From NCBI RefSeq assembly GCF_006345805.1, contig NC_043005.1, positions 102,920,001-102,984,000 on the forward strand: 64,000 nucleotides of DNA, written 5' to 3'. The notes beneath the pieces are model-generated. The model ran no database searches. It worked only from the letters and a program-made list of their open reading frames with translations, and was not told the DNA's origin. This stretch comes from Octopus sinensis. Taxonomy: Eukaryota. A program made the position numbers and the translations under genes. This document shows positions 62,011 to 64,000 of this stretch, piece after piece (positions within the stretch are counted from its first letter, which is position 1; every line of letters starts with the position of its first letter).

Positions 62011-63672
62011 TACAAGATATATTGGGAATATATTGGCAGCTTAATCGAACCTATGTAATGTTCAGTTGTAAATATTGTTGTAGCTGTTGTCTCTCCTCAC
62101 ATTTATCCCGTTTGTGTTAACCATTTTCTCTTTTTGTATTTGAAGGATTGCATTAATCAGTTTTCTCCGTCTAAGAAAACTTATACGGCATTAGTTTACC
62201 AGAATCAACCATCTGAAATATATTATTTTTAAGACAATGCTTAAAGAAATATAGCGTCTAATTGTAGCAAATTAAGTAATCCTGTTTGGTCCCGGGCATC
62301 CTTGATCAAAGAGGTACAGGATGTCAAGAACATTTCTATCTAATACGTTCTACTCTGAAAAACCTTAGGATTTGATATGAAGAAAAATCTGATATAATTA
62401 AAACGACTTTAAGAGACTCACTTTGGTGGAGTAACGTATAAACTCATTCCTAAAGGGATCTGAACTCAGAATATGAAAAGACTATATTAAATTTCATCTG
62501 GCTCATTACTCAGCTGTCTAAGTCACCTATTCCAAGCGGCTTCACGTTTTTTCACTTCCTAATTGCCCATCACATTCAAGGTATTATTTAAACATACACG
62601 CATACATACATGCATGCATACATACATACATACATACATACATACATACATACATTCATGTGTGTGTATGTCTACATACATACATTCATGTGTGTGTATG
62701 TCTGTCTGTTTGTCTGTCTCTCTGTGTATGTATTTGTTAAAATGCATATGATTGAAAACATCATTATTTTCAAGGTAAATTTTCTTAACATTTCTGAAAA
62801 TATTCTTTCAAATTTCATGAAACACTGTAAAAAAATAAAGAAAAGAAAAGAAAAAATTGTGAGGTAAAAATTACAAAACGACATTAAAAAACAGAATATT
62901 AAAACTGAGATTTACAAAAGTATTCTGAAAAAATCATTTCCCAAACGTCTCTGAAGATAAAATCTGTCTATTGAATTCGCTGGATGTAAATTTTCTTGAA
63001 ATGACAACTTCACATGTTTTGTTTTAATATATTCTCCTCGATTTTGAATATAAAAATGAGAACAATCACTCACGTTGACACACCGAATGACACATTATAA
63101 CAAAGTTATTTATTTATTTATCTTATTATTTAACAAAAACATGTTTTCCTGTTTTCTTATTAATTTACATAGGCGCTTGAAAATGTTTTCCTCTCGTTTG
63201 AGTTCGTGCGCGTGTTCATGCGTGTGCGTGTGTGTGTGTGTGATTCTGTATATGTTTGCATGTTTGTGTACATATATGTATGCGGATGTAGGTGTATATG
63301 CAAGTATTTGTGTATGTTATTATGTCTATAAGTATGGTTGTACTACAGTGTTCGTGTTTGATGTGTATGTGCATGAGTGACAGAAGATATGCATGTGTGT
63401 ATTTGTATGTTTGTATGTTTATAATTATACATAGATAAAACAAAAGAGGTGATGTTTATATCTATTAATTAGATAGCTTGTTGTCTCAGGAGACAAGTGA
63501 TAATATAGACTTTGCTTTTCTTCCTTTTGACTGTCTCAAATCTACAAAAAATATCTGCTGAAATGTTAACTCTTATATTATCCTATCAATACAAATAATA
63601 GATATCCTTGCAATAAAATACACACTATTGCATCTCAATTTCATTCCTCGTTTCTATTTGATATTTTTTCTC

Positions 63673-63715
<43 letters not shown>

Positions 63716-64000
63716 TTCTTACTCTTTGTATATGTGTGTGTGTATGTGTGTCTTAAGGAGAGCGGATGAGAGACAATGAGAGAGAAAGACAGATAAAATT
63801 GAGTAAATTACTCCCTTACGTTGCGAATAACTCCCTGGCTGAAGAAAAATTCAGTATTCGTAACTGAGTTAATATTGAATAAAGATGACCACCCAGCTGT
63901 ATTTCATACGTAATGTATGTACACTGTTGATAGGCAAGTTACTGTGATATTAATCATGAAATAATAGTTCTCAGAGCGTACAGTATTAAACACAAATTTA

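Overview
AT-rich, microsatellite-saturated animal genomic DNA, with a 100-N scaffold gap at 14965-15064. The SINE families resemble those I recall from octopus/coleoid cephalopods; I did not confirm this by search. I found no host protein-coding gene I can support, and almost all ORFs in the supplied track are microsatellite translations. The window is a mosaic of transposable elements: a decayed Helitron, several Penelope-like element (PLE) pieces (RT, GIY-YIG end, terminal repeats), a near-intact CR1-clade LINE whose ORF2 is broken only by three apparent 1-bp deletions, RTE-clade LINE remnants, a heavily deleted Ty3/Gypsy 3' end with a complete LTR and PPT, mariner/Tc1 derivatives and MITEs, several tRNA-type SINE families and a tRNA-His(GTG) pseudogene. 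The most striking object is at 51070-54639: 20 copies of a 175-bp unit (2 reversed, 18 forward) between inverted termini. Each unit carries a minimal type-I hammerhead-ribozyme (HHR)-like fold and a 40-bp perfect palindrome, and that palindrome is the axis at which the array flips orientation. It resembles a retrozyme or PLE pseudo-LTR concatemer. A diverged relative at 34.7-35.1 kb has a canonical HHR core. A second family (3 copies, one downstream of a GIY-YIG ORF end) shares a variant CUG-U-N-GA core. Further HHR-like motifs and long palindromes lie at 3.7, 12.4, 43.4, 44.2 and 56.9 kb, mostly next to (TA)n tracts. All ribozyme calls are by-eye structural inferences and need covariance-model searches and cleavage assays.
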